NCBI GenBank assembly: GCA_030264375.1
Contig: JASCQW010000027.1
Coordinates: 45,049,034 to 45,113,033, forward strand
DNA: 64,000 nucleotides
From: Carcharhinus longimanus
Taxonomy: Eukaryota
Direction: 5' to 3'
A program made the position numbers and the translations under genes. Of this stretch, positions 63,981-64,000 are shown in pieces. The notes under the pieces were generated by a model. That model ran no database searches and had not been told where the DNA came from. It worked only from the letters and a program-made list of their open reading frames with translations. Position 1 is the stretch's first letter. Each line of letters begins with the position of its first letter.

Positions 63981-64000
63981 TGTAAAAAAAATTCTCCAAA

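Noticed and set aside
57900-64000. Expected next syntenic gene (COQ3 in human, from memory)
   Set aside because: No CpG island or recognisable exon; probably beyond the window.
1-64000. Prokaryotic-type systems (CRISPR arrays, operons, defence islands)
   Set aside because: The sequence is intron-containing vertebrate DNA with no regularly spaced repeat-spacer array; most short ORFs in the track are repeat-derived or span N gaps.

Overview
Eukaryotic, AT-rich vertebrate genomic DNA with many N gaps. The repeat content (tRNA-derived V-SINE/HE1-like and Deu-like SINEs, CR1, L2, Penelope-like elements) points to a shark or other elasmobranch. On the + strand are the last coding exon and 3'UTR of USP45 (4166-4293) and a complete PNISR (SFRS18) gene: a CpG-island promoter and candidate non-coding exon 1 at about 18.5-19.1 kb, ten coding exons from 31.6 to 57.3 kb (about 815 aa), and an optional extra C-terminal exon. 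USP45 followed by PNISR matches the human gene order as I recall it. A frameshifted, intronless MRPL55 retrocopy lies antisense in the last USP45 intron. Relics of a hAT transposase, a Penelope GIY-YIG region and a Gypsy gag are also present. The most interesting observations concern PNISR RNA processing: a GC donor, a stop codon overlapping a splice donor, a weak-acceptor 54-nt exon with a complementary intronic palindrome, a 92-nt hairpin, a ~0.9 kb diverged intronic duplication, and large fold-back elements carrying degenerate minimal hammerhead ribozyme motifs. I see no clearly novel multi-gene system. All identifications come from manual translation and recalled homologue sequences, not database searches, and repeat boundaries are approximate.
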